Shown: positions 1-13,848 of the stretch, piece by piece
Position numbering within the stretch: the first letter of the stretch is position 1
How the letters are laid out: the number at the start of each line of letters is the position of its first letter
Source: Podarcis erhardii
Lineage: Eukaryota
Reading direction: 5' to 3' (one strand)
NCBI GenBank assembly: GCA_964252035.1
Contig: OZ176205.1
DNA length: 64,000 nucleotides
Made by a program: the position numbers and the translations under genes
Notes under the pieces: model-generated
Seen by the model: the letters and a program-made list of their open reading frames with translations, nothing else
The model's database searches: none
What the model was told of the DNA's origin: nothing

Positions 1-1991
1 TGGCCGTCAGATGTAGGGAGCACATCTGTGTAGCTGCAGATACATTTCGGAGAACGGTTGGGTGGGTTTGTTTTTTTACAAGGCTTCCCTTGAGCACAGG
101 TCAAATTTCAAAGGGGCAACAATTCACACATATCTATATTTATATACAGAAAGAGAGGATTGCGGGGGGGGGGGCAGGGAGAATATGAATGTTTTTGTAC
201 CCACACACGGTGTGGAGTTCTATTGCGTTTTCCCTGCTGCCTGCAGTAGCCTTTTTGTGCCAGAACCCATGCCACTTTAATCAAGATGGGTAATAGCACC
301 TCATTTTATAAAAATAAAAAGCTCTCTCTCTGTGTGTATGAAATTGCAGCAGAAAAGTATTCTTACAAATAAAGAAATAAGGGCTACAGCTCCCACACTG
401 GATAGGAAATGCAATTCATACTTAAAAGCCTGTTCACCTATGCAGTTATGGCCACATTATGTGCCTGCAATCCCATACAAGGACTGTACACTAGGTCCAA
501 TGCAGCTAGCAGATTGCAACAGCTCTGTCTCCAGCTGCTGGGATCATGATACCAGAAGGAGACATCTTTCCACTTTCTCCCACTGAAGTCAGTCAAACCG
601 TGGTCCCCATGCCTTTTGAATGCCCTGACACCTGGAGGCAAGTAGACCTACTCAAAAGGTCTGTAGGGACACCTGATGTTCTTGGCCTTCCCCAGGAAGA
701 CCAAACTGAGCCACAATTGGTTTTAGTTGCATTTTGTTACCGAATGTCATTTGATATTGAACGTTTGTGTTTCTGGATGATTTTGTTGTCTATGGTTGCC
801 TTTATTAATGCATTGTGGTATGTTTCCATCCTTTAAACTGTATTTAAGCATTTTACACAAATAAATAAATTAATATTGGGCCTAATTATGAATTTGATGC
901 AAGTGATGAATCAGTAAACTGGACCAGTTTACTCACAGTATTTGAGGTGAACCTAGTAAAACAAAACAAAAAACAAAAAAGCCCAACCCACTCTGAAATA
1001 GCAAACGTCCTCAAGATTTGTCCAAATGCAACAGATTCCCTACATAGAAAAGACTTGCTGTGTTTGCAGCTACATGGATGTACTCCACACATGCAATTTC
1101 TTACAAAGGAGGACATCATGTAAGCAGCCTAAGTTGGTGCTTAATGTAAAAACACACAGCCACGCGAACAAAATTTAGGATCGCCAGACGAAAAACAACT
1201 GCCAAATGCTAATGCTGCCTCAGCAACAGGTCCAGAACTGCAGAATGACACCTCTGGGAGACAAAATAGCACGCCAGGGGATAAAGATGCAGGTGCAAGC
1301 AACAGATACGCTGGAGATGGGAACTGCGCCAAGACTGGAACTCAATGCGTGCTCTGTAGAATTAACAGGAACAGCTTCCCCCTCTATCTTCGCCTGGCTT
1401 AAGAGCACACAGAGCAGTTAAACAATCAATCATTGCTTGTGGGCAGCAGCATAAAGATCTGTACTACTTAAAAGAGTGTGTGTGGCGATGGCGGCAATTG
1501 GGGAGTAAAGACCAAGTTTTGTTCCCTAATCTATAACAGAGATTATGAAAAAGCTTTGTTATGCACTGCCAGCAACCATCGCAATAGCCTGCTTTTTGCT
1601 CCACTGCATGGATCCCCTGGGCCTGGCCATGAGGAGGATGGAGGAACTGCTTGCCTCCTAATATCGTATCTGGAATTCAATTGCCTGTTTGTCTTAAGAG
1701 CACACCACAAGACGCCACCTCAATTGGAGAGCCGCAAATTCTTTTGAGATTTTTAGGATTCTCTGGGACGGATGCTAAGTATTGATCAGGGCCCATTGGA
1801 GGCACCAGGAACACAAAACAGTCCTCTCTATACCACTTGCTTGCAGTGCTGGCCCACCCGCAAGGCAAGGTGAGGCAACTGCCTTGGGCAGCAAGGTCAA
1901 CAGGGGCAGCAGACAGCTCAGAGGCTGCAGCTAGTGCAAAACAGCATCTGGACTAATGACTGGCACTACTATCACACTGCTTCTGATATAA

Positions 1992-2230
1992 TTGTATTGG
2001 CTGCCTAGCCACTTTAATATCTTATTTTTGATTTATAAAGCCCCAAATGACCTGATTTCCAAATACCTGAAAGACTACTTCTTCCTTTATACACTAGCTC
2101 AGGAGTTAAGATCCACAAGAGACACAATGTTGGCAACTCCAGTGCCCTTGGAGGTCTGCAAGGTAGAAGCATGCGAGAGGGCCTTTTTTGTGGTGGCCCC
2201 AGATTTTGGAACAACACCATTCACTGTGGA
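1992..2230 (+). mobile_element. Old L2 ORF2 C-terminal remnant
   Basis: LYWLP...IYKAPN...YLKD...ELRS...ERAFFVVAP resembles the L2 LHWLP...YKALN...LRS...RAFSVAAP motif. Confidence 0.7.
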
Positions 2231-5200
2231 GCATCAGGGCAGCAGTGTTTAGAGACTATTCTAACTTGATGATGCAAACATAGGGTTCTTGGTGGCTGCT
2301 CAGTGGCTTAGCATCAAAGCCTGGCCATCTGCATCAACACAGTGTCACCACACAATAAAACTGCTCTGAATTGAAGAAGGGCATGTTTTACATTCCCTGC
2401 TATAAGTTGGAATCCAGGTCTAAGAGAGATAGTATAGGCTCCTTCACACATACTGCTAAATAAACTTATTGCATTTTCCTGTGTCTGTGCTGCAAATATA
2501 AAAGCTCTGTTCACTATTATGTCTGTTCCTCCCCTTAGAACTCTTGCTTCCCACTAGCACTGCAAGAGGGGGTTGAAAGTGCTTTTATGAAAGCCATTAA
2601 GGCTAGCAAAAGGTCTCTAGGGGATACAATCAAAGTAAAGCTTTCTAAATGGAATTTCGAACACTCAAACCATGTTACTGAGCCTCCATGTTCAAAGGCA
2701 GTGTACCTTGAACACTAGGTGCTTCGTATACAAATGGGGAGGGCTGTGGCACCAGTGTCCTTCTTGTAGGGTCTTCACAGGCATCCAGCACTTCTGGCAA
2801 CAAAGTATTAAACTAGGTGGATCTTTGGTCCTATTGAACAAGATTCTTCTGATGCTCCCATGTTTCTCTCTGTGTCTCTCATGTTTTTATAAATGTACAT
2901 TCTGGACAAACTTGCCTAGAAAACTCAACAGAAACTTCTGCTTTCAGAAATGGCTCAAAATGCAATCATAAAGAAAAACAACAACACTGCTTTTAAAAAT
3001 CAGGGGTGGGGAAAGAACTAAAACAAGCAAGTGCAGTCGTTCCAAAACATGCTGAATGTTTACAGCATCTCTTCTTCTCAGATTGTGCTAAAGGAGGCTT
3101 TTCAGTGGGAAAAAGAATGAGCCTCAAAAAGCATAATGTGTAAACTAGGAAAGCACTTTAAGAAAACCCAGGTAGGATGGAAGGCAGATGAGAAGGAGCA
3201 GTGAGAAAATGTGTGTGTGTGTATGTTTTTGTGTGCATGAAAAACACAGAGGAAATAGCAGGCAGAACAGCAGCAGACTCCCTTCTATTTGCAAAGGGCG
3301 GGGGGGGGGGGAGAGAGAGATGCTATGTGCACAAAAACAGGACTAGTGTTCAGAGCTATTAAGTCCTTTGCAGCATCCCAAATCAGAACACATCGGAAGA
3401 CTCCATATTAAGCTCTCTTAGAAACCTGGCTCAGGGAATATTGCAAAACAGAGCTCTTTAATACATCTTGCCAACCTTCAGTAAAACCACAGAGCCACTT
3501 ACAAGGCAGAAGCCAATAGCGACGTACAGGCTGGCCAGCCCTTCCTTGCATGATTAAAGAAGTTCAGATCACCACACACTTCCCCCATCATCTCAACAAC
3601 AGGGCATAAAGAGCTGACAATACAGAAAGCAACATCCCTTAACACTTACTAACATATGGAAGGAAATAATACCACGGGGTGGATGCAGTACAGATCTATG
3701 CATGCCTTCAGTCCTAAAATGCGTCGTGTTGGGGTGGAGCTGGAGCTATTAACTGGTCAGCTTCTTCCAACTTGAGATGCTTTGCTTTTAGCAACATCCT
3801 GTTGACCAGCACAAGAGGGGTGTGCAGTGAGACAGACAAGAGCAGCAGAATAGCATTGCCAGGTCTTGTGATAGCATCTCGAGCCTTATTGCACTTGGTT
3901 GTGTTTCCCCACCCGCAACGAGCCAATCCAGCTTCAAAGAGTCTTGGGAGTTGGACTTGGTCAAAAACATAGAGACGTCTAAAAATAATAAAAAACTTTT
4001 GTGATGATCTAAACCTGAACTGCAAGCCAACATTTCCCTGAGTTTGGGTTGTTGTCACTTTGGCGTGCTTGGGGTCTGCAGCTGCTAAGGCCAAAAATGC
4101 GGTGTCTTCCAGCAGTACGCTTGAAGCAAGGGGTGACTGCAATTCTCTCTCCAAATATAGTAAGAACAGGATTCACCACAGCCCAATGTGCTAGCTTGCT
4201 CATTTACTGTAATTTAGATGATGGATGGACTGATAATTTTTAAGACACAGCAGGCCGTTGTGTGTATTAGCATAAGCTAACTGATTACAAGACCCACAAA
4301 TTAAATCTCCCTAGTAGGGGGACCAAGAGGTACAGAAGTCTCTCACCTACGCTGCATTTATTGCAGAAGAAGAAGAAAAGTTCCAGTAACAAAGATTCAT
4401 GCTGTTTTGGGGTCTAAAAAGACCCATCATGGTTTGGCTGTGTTTCTATACATAGACATTAAAGCTTCTTCAAAGGGCTGTTACTGAGATGAAGCAGAGA
4501 GTAAGATCTAAATTAATGGGTTCAAATTTCAAGAAAGTGAATTTTGATTAAACATGAGCAGAATCTGCTAACAGTTCAACTTGTTTAACAGTGAAATCAG
4601 TGTTAGAAACTGAGATATGAAAGCTAGAAGCTAAATGGCACCTTAATCCTAGGTTATGGGTGCAACAACAGAATGTTTAGGCACTTTTTAAATATATAAC
4701 AAGAATACAAAGCTGAAAATGAATGAACTGCAGCTAAACTATTATGTTCATTTTTCACGTCGTCTAGTCCTTCCCCTGCCCACCCCCTAATATTCTTAAG
4801 AGGATCTCTTCTGCAGTCTTCAGAGAGTAGCTGGAAGTGGGGAGACAGAAACAGGTCCTCCTTTCCTTCTAGTAGTGGCAGTTTTCCCTGTCGCAAAATG
4901 CGCCTAGAACAATGGGAGTTTCAAACACTGAGTGAAGCAGACTGCCATGGAAGGAGACAGGACTCTCCTTTGTTAGAGGTTTAATAAGAGACTAGATAGC
5001 TGCCTATCAGTGATGCTGTAGCACCAGATTTCCTACACTGTCAGGCAGTTGGACTAGAGGACCTTTGAGGTATCTTCCAATGCTTATGATTATATGAAAG
5101 AGTTACTGAAAATATAGTGAAGAACACAGGAAACCGCCCTACACAGAGCCAGGTCATTGCTTCATTTGGCTTCCTATTGCCTATACTAGATGTAGCTTTC

Positions 5201-5286
5201 CTCCATGGGTTTCAGAAACCAAGTATTTCCCCGTCCTGCTTGGAAGAGCTGGGGACTGATCAGTTGTGTCCTCTTAACGACATCTT

Positions 5287-5417
5287 TGGAGGTCTTTAAG
5301 CAGAGGCTTGACAACCACATGTCAGGAGTGCTCTGATGGTGTTTCCTGCTTGGCAGGGGGTTGGACTCGATGGCCCTTGTGGTCTCTTCCAACTCTATGA
5401 TTCTATGATTCTATGAT
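5287..5417 (+). mobile_element. CR1 LINE 3' end
   Basis: ggaggtctttaagcagaggc...ggttggactcgatggcc...ttccaactc(TATGATTC)n. Confidence 0.8.
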
Positions 5418-5670
5418 AAAGGTAAAGGTAAAGGTAAAGGGACCCCTGACCATTAGGTCCAATCTTGACCGACTCTGGGGTTGCGGCGCTCATCACGCTT
5501 TACTGGCCAAGGGAGCCGGCATACAGCTTCCGGGTTATGTGGCCAGCATGACTAAGCTGCTTCTGGCGAACCAGAGCAGCGCACGAAAATGCCGTTTACC
5601 TTCCAGCCGGAGTGGTACCTATTTATCTACTTGCACTTTGACGTGCTTTCGAACTGCTAGGTTGGCAGGA
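5418..5670 (-). mobile_element. Sauria-type SINE, 5' truncated, tail-to-tail with a CR1 3' end
   Basis: (GGTAAA)n then gggacccctgaccattaggtcc... as in the other copies. Confidence 0.85.
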
Positions 5671-6627
5671 CCATATACAAGTACTACTATTCCAATGGGA
5701 GGGGAAAGAGTGCATATCCATTCAGACTATGCAACTTCCTCTCAGCATGCTTTGAGGGATGGTTTTCTTTAGTGACTAATAGTTTTTATTAGGATGGGAC
5801 ACAGCTTATTTGTTTTGAGCTTAATGATTGTGTGTTTGATCATTTACATAACTGAGCTACATTTTAAAGCTCCTTTAAACAAGTATTAGCAGAATGGAAT
5901 TTACATTATGAAATAAATAAGCACCAATTCATATATGTCCATGCTGAGAGCTGGCACTGTTACATGGGATGGGCAGAAAAGCCCCCTAGAACCATTTTTG
6001 TAGGATGGCAAGTAATTAGCTGTCTTCTGTTTTGTAAGTTTTGTATGAAGTTCTGAGAATCATTAAATAGGATACAAATTGGTCAATGGTGTCAGTCTAA
6101 GAAATGTGTTCTAATAATTAGTTCTACTGTGCAGACAGGCTGGAGAATCCCAGCTCAAGATCAAGAGAGCACATCACAGAATAGGAAATAATGACCACAG
6201 CCTGATTACAGCCAAATAATTAATCTCTGCTACAGCTTTTAAATGTTGGGGAACTGGCTTCCCACTCTCAATAGGAACTGGTGTGAATATGTAGATTTAA
6301 AGCATGGATGGTGAATGTGTGTGGTTCTCCATCTTGTCAGATCCTGACTCCCATCAGCCCCAGCCAGCAAGGATGAGGAGAGCCGTTGTCCAGGAGAAGT
6401 TGGAAGGCTACAGGTTCCCACATCCCTGATTTTGAAACCTTGATGTTTTTACTCAACCAGTAACCTGTCCATAGATAAGTTTGCCCACCGAGTGCTTACT
6501 TCCTATGCCAAGCTGCTCATACACAAAATCCATGTGTAGATAGCACATGCACAAAAACAGAGTTCTCTGGGTGTATTTATGGTGTGTGTATGGTAAGGAT
6601 CTGTGTCACAGTACATCTGTACGAAGC

Positions 6628-6630
<3 letters not shown>

Positions 6631-6674
<44 letters not shown>
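6631..6674. repeat. (AC)n microsatellite
   Basis: Direct reading. Confidence 0.97.
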
Positions 6675-6677
<3 letters not shown>

Positions 6678-7118
6678 TTCTAGCTGCCAAACTGCACACA
6701 GGAGGTGGTGAATTACTTCCTGCATCATGGAAATACTTTCTGCTTAGAAGAAATGTTGCTGATGAAGCCAGCTTCTGAACACATAGTATCTTGGGCAGTA
6801 ACTGGAGTCAAAGGAAATTAAGGAGTTATGCACTTTCCAGATGCTCTGCAGAGACAGGCCTGTGCTCAATGTTTTCTCAGTGACCTCAGATGGAAGGAGC
6901 ACGCTTACGACCCACTGTCAGCGCATCACCAGCTCTCATGAGGAGTTCAAAGGTATGCTGCTCCCCAGGTCACCAGCTCCACAGAAGACATTAAGTATCT
7001 ATTAGACCAGAAGCCCACGTATCTGGCATGACTGCATCAAAGGAGAGCAGTGCAGGTAGCACAATCGAGAATTTAGTTGGCAGAAGCAAGGGGTCTTCTG
7101 CACTAAATTTTCAACAAC

Positions 7119-7307
7119 CTTCTGACAAGCAAGAGCTGTTCAGCAGTGGAACCATCTCCCTCGGGAGGCTGAAGATTCTCCTTCCTTGGAGGTTTTTCAG
7201 CAGAAGTTGGATGGTCGCCTGTCATGGATGCTTTAGCTGAGATTCCTGCATCACGGGGGGTTGGACTAGATGACCCTCAAGGTCCCTTCCAACTCTATGA
7301 TTCTATG
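7119..7307 (+). mobile_element. CR1 LINE 3' end
   Basis: gagctgttcagcagtggaa...ggttggactagatgaccctcaaggtcccttccaactctatgattctatg. Confidence 0.82.
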
Positions 7308-8446
7308 GTTGTCGTTTGGGGAGCAGCTTTCTGCCTCTGTTTCCAAACAGTGTCCTGGACTACTACACCCCAATGTTGCAGCAGGTCAGTATGTGTGTAT
7401 AATAGCAGCCAACGTCAACCTGCTGTTGATGTTTTGGACAGAAACTCCCATCAACATCGTCAGGTTTATACCAAGTTATTATACGGGATAAAGCAAACCT
7501 GGGCATATCAACAGTTAAAAGAGCTGGAGTTGTACTTCTAATGTGCTGTGCAAACAACGTAAAATTATATAGGCTAGTACGCCATGATAGCTGAGTAACC
7601 CAGTCCATAATTGTAGGGCTGAAAAATAATAATTGGTGTAATTAATTTTAATCAGAACTGTTCCTTGTTGAATTGTGCTCTCTATCTAGAAGACTATTTT
7701 GATTACTCTACATGCTTGCCCTGATTGGAGCAATGTGTTTTCAGAGGGATCTTTAAAGCATGAATCAGTAAGGAAATAGCTCTTTAAATATAATGTAAAT
7801 ATAATATTTATAAGATAAGGGTTTTCTGCTTGATTCATTTTTTTTTTTACATTTATAGTCTGTCCAATGTGCTCAAGGTGACACAGATGCTCACAGCCCT
7901 GTGACGTAGGTTAGGCTGAGAGTGAGTGACTGGCCCAAGGTCCCTCAGTGAGTTTCATGCCTTGCTTAATAATCAGCTGACTGGTTTAATCAACTATAAC
8001 TCCAATCTTTAAAATGCTCAAGATTAGATCCAGGATAAGTAAGTTGCACTTGGGTCCCTTTAGAATCTATGCAAAACTAACCATGAATTCGTTCCCACTG
8101 AAATAAATGAGAACTAAATCAGGATTAATTTTACATATTCCAAAGGGATCTAAGTGCTAATAACTTTACAGCAAAATCCTATGCATGTTTACAGATAAGT
8201 AAAATCCATTGTGTCCCCTGAGGCTTGTCTAAAGCAGCAGACTTTAGCCTGGGTTCAATTCTCAAATTTATAATCCTGAGAAAGCCAATATATCTGCAGA
8301 CCAGTTAAACAGTAGTTTGAAGATGTTCATAAGTTCAATGCCTCAAAAGTAGCACTTAAATATTAGCATGAAGTTTCAGTCCTAAAACAAATCCAAGCAA
8401 GATTGGTGCTCGACAGCAGCTAAGGAGTTACAGCAAAGGAAGATTG

Positions 8447-8507
<61 letters not shown>
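8447..8507. repeat. Compound (GT)n(GA)n microsatellite
   Basis: Direct reading. Confidence 0.97.
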
Positions 8508-8510
<3 letters not shown>

Positions 8511-10189
8511 CCACCACTCACAAGCTGTTTGTTTTAAAGTGATCTCTATGCGAGAGACACTAATTCCTCATTGATGGTATCATTGATGAATTGTCAAGCA
8601 TAACACTGTTCTTTCCAGCAACTGCTGTGTGACAATGGAATCTTTACTGTGCCTGTTTTATCCTACGTCAACCTTTAAGTGCTTGTTTGATACTGGATGT
8701 TGCTTGCCAACTTTCTGGAGAATGGGAGGCCAGCTTGAGTTTTGACATCAAGGTTATTAAAACAGGTCCTTTACAAGAGAACCACTGGGTTACAGAAAAA
8801 CACATTGAGAAATCCCTGAGCAGATTTCTGCAGCCTGAGGATTCCTTGTCCATGTACAGCAATGTTCTGTTTCCTCAACGACATATGTTTTTGCATGATC
8901 ATGCCATATGCCCCCAGTTTCCCAAATTCTGAAACCAGCTCCATGTGGGAAGAGACCTCAGATATCCATGCTGACATCACAGGAACAGCAAGCAGATCCG
9001 AGAGTCTGCCTGCGTAGGCTCTGCAACAGAGCCAGGGTCCCACAGAGCAAAAATCCTGCAGCCGTGGTGATTTCAGGGGAGTCACTCAAGTGACTCAGGG
9101 CTCTAGAAGTTATATAAAGCTCATTCTGCATGGCTTCTGTGTCAAACCTGTCTAAATTATTTTTGGATCGATCAAGAAGCACCCAGATTACTTTGATCTT
9201 ATTTAGATGAGCCCTTTGAATGCTTTTGAAGATATGCCCTTAAATAATTCAAGAGGAGATAAACACAGGCAAAAAAGGAAGACGGAAAGGAATGGGGGTG
9301 GTGGGAAAGGTTTCTCAGATGCCAGTGGAACAGAGACACTGGTGATGGGCTTAGGCCAATGGGGAAAGAAAGACAGGAAAGTAGCAGGAGAGGAGCAAAG
9401 AAGAGTATTGAGCTAAATGTGAATTTAGCTCACAATAGGTGAACAAATTCCATGACGCTGCTACCAACACTAGTCAACTTTTGTTTTACTGCCTCTGCTG
9501 CCTTTAAACAACCTGATGGTGGAACGCTTGCCAGGAAAACCTCCAACTTTTCAATGTGGAATAGCAGATATTACCTGCCAATTTACTCCTACAACAAGGA
9601 TGGAATGTGTTGCCATTATGAGCTATCAAATCTTGAAAAGTACTCAGAATACAACCCCCCTTTGATCAATAATAGGAACTCTCCAAAATGCATCCTTCCT
9701 ACTTCTTATGACTGAACTGTTACTCATTGAAATGGGTGTCCACATTAAGCTATTTAACTTCTGATACAAATATTAGACATAGGAGACACCACATTATGAT
9801 CAAGAGTATTGTAAGCTTTGTCTTTTTAAAAAGAGGGCTTTCTTGGTTTCAAAAGACCATAAGGTCTGCAGTAGCAAAAGCTCTAGTTAAGACAGAGGGA
9901 GAGATGCATTCACACATACACAACCCAAGATATTAAAATCAAGTTCAGTCAAGGCTGCCTCCTGGAATCATATGCTCACACACATTTTGGATGAGAAAGC
10001 TACCAGCTCTTCCAAAAATACCCAACCAGGAAACCTCTGACCCTCGTGCAATTCAGCAGATGCCTGGCACAGTCCCAGGATAGTAGTTACAGTAAAATTC
10101 CTTTAAAATCTGAGACATTGTACAAGACCTGCCACATTGCTTATCCCAATGGCTGCTGTATAAAGAATTCAGAAGCAAAGACTTGGATG

Positions 10190-10458
10190 CAGTGGCATAG
10201 CATGGGGGGGGGGGTGGACAGAGGGGAAGTGGCCCTGGGTGTAAAATTCGGAGAGAGGCGCAAACAGGTTCCCCCATGACAGGCTCCCTTATCAAGACCA
10301 CGTGGCTGAGCTCCTGCCACCTTCCGGAGGCACTGGAAGGCAAGCTGTGTCCAGGCCTTCAAGGCTTGGGTGCGCACTTCCACCCCAGCTGCCCAGTCCA
10401 CCAGGGGGTGCAACACTTGCCCTGCCCCCAGGCGCTGGCAGCCCACACTACGCCACTG
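10190..10458. mobile_element. hAT MITE
   Basis: TIRs cagtggcatag/ctacgccactg; 8-bp TSD cttggatg/cttggacg. Confidence 0.85.
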
Positions 10459-11579
10459 CTTGGACGACGACAACATGCTCACTGAACAGGACCCATCTGC
10501 AAGAACCTGGACTTGCTAAAAAAGCAACAAAATGGAAAAAGATAGCCTCTGTTGTATTGACAATCAAAAGAAGGTCTTGGGGGAAGCTTCAGTAGTTAAT
10601 TGTTCCCAGGGCAACTGAATTTTCACTTCTTCTGAAATTGTACTGCAAATATGCCTCATTCTTACTTTATTTTTGAAAGGGGTCTACACAGATAAACATG
10701 TACTGCTGGAGCTGCAAGATTTTGACATGGGAGGCTGCTACTACAGGCACAGAAGCATGTCTGGCAAAAAATAAATTTGGCCACTCTAGAACTGGTTAGA
10801 GGTGTCATGGCATTGAGTAAACACCACTGAACTAGCGCTGTTGACCACCAAAGCTCTACATGACCACCGTTCTACAATATCTCCCATTTTTTTCTGTTCC
10901 ATTGCCATGCACACACTCAAAATTAACCCAGGCACAGTGCGTCTTACCATCTATGCACAAGGTCTGAGCAGCCACACCGTTTGGCTTTCTGCATGGCTGC
11001 CCAACAACAGCAGAACTCCCTGTCCCCGGAGACTTCAATCAAATTCCCCAAGCCACAGTGATGAATGTGTAGCAAGCATCAAGAGACCTTCAGGTGCCCA
11101 CGTTATAAACAGGCACCAGGTCACTTTCACAGACTACATTCCCCCCCAGGCTGCTTCAAGCTCGACGGTTCCTATGCACACTCATTTGTTCTGAAACAAA
11201 CCCAGCTGAGTTCATTCACCCAAGCGCTGGCAGAAATGCGGCTGTGCATCCCGGTTCTACGAGGAGCTGGGCACTGCTCCCACTGGGTTCAGGCGCGCCT
11301 AACTTTGCCCGGGATCCCTAAGTAAGAAGGGTTAGAGACCCAAGAGAGAGGCTGGAGCGTCACAGAGGGTGATAGGAATAGATCACTGTAAGGATGGGGT
11401 GCTGATTTGCAGGGCAAAGCCTGGCACAGAGGGCAGCTTCTCAGGGGCATCAGGACCCTTCTCATTCCAGAAGGAAAGCGGGCTGGGGTGGGGGCAGTGG
11501 GTAGGCTGGCAGGCAGGCAGGCGATGCTAATGGCCGGAGAGCGAAACGCCCGCAACTGGGGGAGGAGAGAGAAGGAGAT

Positions 11580-12720
11580 TTGGGGAAGGGGGGGGGGTCG
11601 ACTTACGTTCTCTTGAAGATGCCTCCCAAGCAGCTGCCGAGCAGCAGGCAGAACTGTTGCGAGAAGAAGACCCAGGTGATCTGCGAGAGGGAGCTCTGGG
11701 TCTGGCAGCGCAGGTCCAGCAGGGTGGGCCCCAGGAAGGCGATGCAGAGGCCGAAGCTGAAGAAGACGCTCCAGTAGGTCAGCGTGGGCTGCAGGTTCCT
11801 CTTGAAGAGCGTCGTCACCCGCGCATCCCACCACCACATCCTCGGCTCCCGCGGCCCGCCAGGAAGCAGCGTCCGCGGCAGCTCGCTCTCCCGCCACTGC
11901 CTGCCTGCCTGCCTGCCCGCCCTCGAGAGCAAGTCCCCGGGCTAAGACCGAGAGAGAAACCCGAGCGGGCGAGTGGCGCCCCCTAGCCGCGCGCAGTCCG
12001 CCGCGGCCGAGAGGGAGAGCCGGCTCTTCGCTCCTGCCCCGGTCCTCGCGCCGGAATCCCCTCGGAGAGCAACACCTGCCCGCCGGATCTGCCGCGTCCC
12101 GCCCTGGGCGAGCCCGTCGTCGATCACACGCGAGGAGCCTCCGCCTCCGCCCGCCCCGAGGATCCGGCGCTCGCCTCCTTCCGCGGGCGCTGCAGCCTTG
12201 CCCGCGTCCCGCTCGCCGGGCTTGCAGGCAGCAGCAGGCGGAGCGGCGCGCGCGGGGCGGGGACTGGCTCCGCCCCTTCGGCCCGGGGAGCCGCGCACAG
12301 GCGCCAGCAACGCCCGCCTCCCGGGCCGGCGGAGCGGCGAGGGTCCCAAGCTGCGCTCGCCGGGCGGGGAGCGCCGGTTCTCCCCCCGGCCAGCTCCCAG
12401 GCCAAGCCCCCGCGGGGTCAGCTTTGCCAAAGGGGCGCCGCCAGCTAGCAAAACCTTCCGGGCGAGGAAGCAGCTGCAAGTGGTTTCCCTACAACCGAAA
12501 ACACCTGCGCGGCTGCCCATCGCCAGGTGTGATCACTGCACACGCGTCTCCATCACTTCGGAAACGCGGCCCGCCTGCGAGAGAGCTGGCGTGGCCGAGC
12601 GCAACTACCTGCCTTTATCTCGTTTGCACGCAGTTGAAAATACCCGCAGTAATTACACGCGACGATCATTTGTCGTACACGGGACGGAAGTAAATCGTAA
12701 CGTCTGAAACAACTCTTTTG
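11580..12720. promoter_or_regulatory. MFSD4A: CpG island / MFSD4A promoter and 5' UTR
   Basis: Abrupt GC- and CpG-rich block in an otherwise CpG-depleted window. GC boxes near 12141-12158 and 12251-12262; ETS-like CGGAAGT near 12685. Overlaps the first coding exon. Exact TSS not determinable. Confidence 0.88.
11607..11839 (-). CDS. MFSD4A: MFSD4A coding exon 1 (major facilitator superfamily domain 4A), 233 nt, phase-2 donor
   Basis: Translates MWWWDARVTTLFKRNLQPTLTYWSVFFSFGLCIAFLGPTLLDLRCQTQSSLSQITWVFFSQQFCLLLGSCLGGIFKR(T), matching the MFSD4A N-terminus. ATG at 11839-11837; donor AC|GTAAGT at 11606. No exon 2 found in 1-11600, so intron 1 is >11.6 kb. Confidence 0.95.
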
Positions 12721-13553
12721 CGCTGGTTTCTTTTCCCTCCTTTATTCTCTCTCTCCCCCCCCCCACCCATAAGTGAGACTCGCAGGTGACCTCAGTCTCT
12801 CATCCACACCATCATCATTCCCTTATTGAAGTCAGCGCTACTGACACGAGTAGCTTACTTACCATTCGCTTCACAGGGAGAGAGTCAAGTTGAGCACGTG
12901 GGTAAAGGTCTTTTAAACGTCCCTTGAAATGCACATAGAAGCTTAGGAGAGGAGATGGTTGTGGAGACCAGGGCCGCAAAATTGTTATATTTCCTCTCTC
13001 CTCCCACCCCCGCAAACAGAGGTGCCAACTTGAATAAAATATTGGGGAGGGGGCTGGTAAGCCCCGCCCCACATAATCAATCACATGACATTGTGCATGC
13101 ACACTATTTAAATAGCAATGCCCATCAAATATGGGGGGGCCCTGGCCCCCTTAAATGTTTTATTGGGGGTGAAGACCCCTGGGCCCCAAGGAGCTGGCTC
13201 CTAAACTCACAATTCTGAGAATACAGAGGTTTCCCCAAGTCTGCTGCAGACCCTCCAAGTGCCCCTATTTACCAAGGACAGTCCTGGATTTACAGAAGCC
13301 GTCTGGATTTCTGATTTGATCCTGAAATGTCCCACTTTTCCTTAGGACTTCCTTATTTTCATCAGAGAAATGTCGGAGGGTATGGAGTTATGTGACCCCC
13401 TGAGCCAAGGAGATAAGTAACTATACAAATTCAGAAGACATCTGAAGGCAGCCCTATATAGGGAAGTCTATTTAATGTTTAATGTTTTATTATGTTGGAA
13501 GTTGCCCCTAGTGACTGGACAGATGAGTGGGGTATACATAATAAAATTATTGC

Positions 13554-13593
<40 letters not shown>
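13554..13593. repeat. (ATT)n microsatellite (tail of a short L2 3' end at about 13435-13545)
   Basis: Direct reading. Confidence 0.93.
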
Positions 13594-13595
<2 letters not shown>

Positions 13596-13848
13596 AATGT
13601 TGGAGGGTATGCTCTTGTGTACATAACAAACCCAAAGGGGCAGCACACTGATATTTGCACTCACTAGGTCTAGTTTGGCCCTAAGCCTGCAGAAGCTACA
13701 CTTAGTCAAAGACCAGTCTTTCGTCTGAGTTCAGTTGAACCCTTTACTGATCATGCTTGGGGATTCTGACTTCCCTTAATCTTGGGCCTTTCCACCCAGT
13801 CTGTTAGCTGAGTGCGATATCAGAAAATAGCAATAAGATATAAATGGG

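Noticed and set aside
2283-2352. Plus-strand RVLGGCSVA*HQSLAICINTVS, resembling MFSD4A exon 2 (VLASVMALAGLAMGCIDTVA, from memory)
   Set aside because: Wrong strand, in-frame stop, needs gaps and has no splice sites; probably chance. A tBLASTn with the true exon 2 would settle it.
3714-4154. 146-aa minus-strand ORF in MFSD4A intron 1
   Set aside because: Non-ATG start, no recognisable motif, no MFS-like hydrophobic pattern and no convincing splice boundaries.
6881-6952. Plus-strand exon-like segment (ttttctcag|...AAG|GTATGC) antisense to MFSD4A intron 1
   Set aside because: Splice-like signals alone are common by chance; no partner exons or product could be supported.
11289-12707. Long ORFs over the CpG island (396, 244 and 192 aa)
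   Set aside because: Low-complexity Arg/Ala/Pro/Gly translations expected from GC-rich, stop-poor DNA. Only the 11839-11607 frame matches a known protein and ends in a splice donor.
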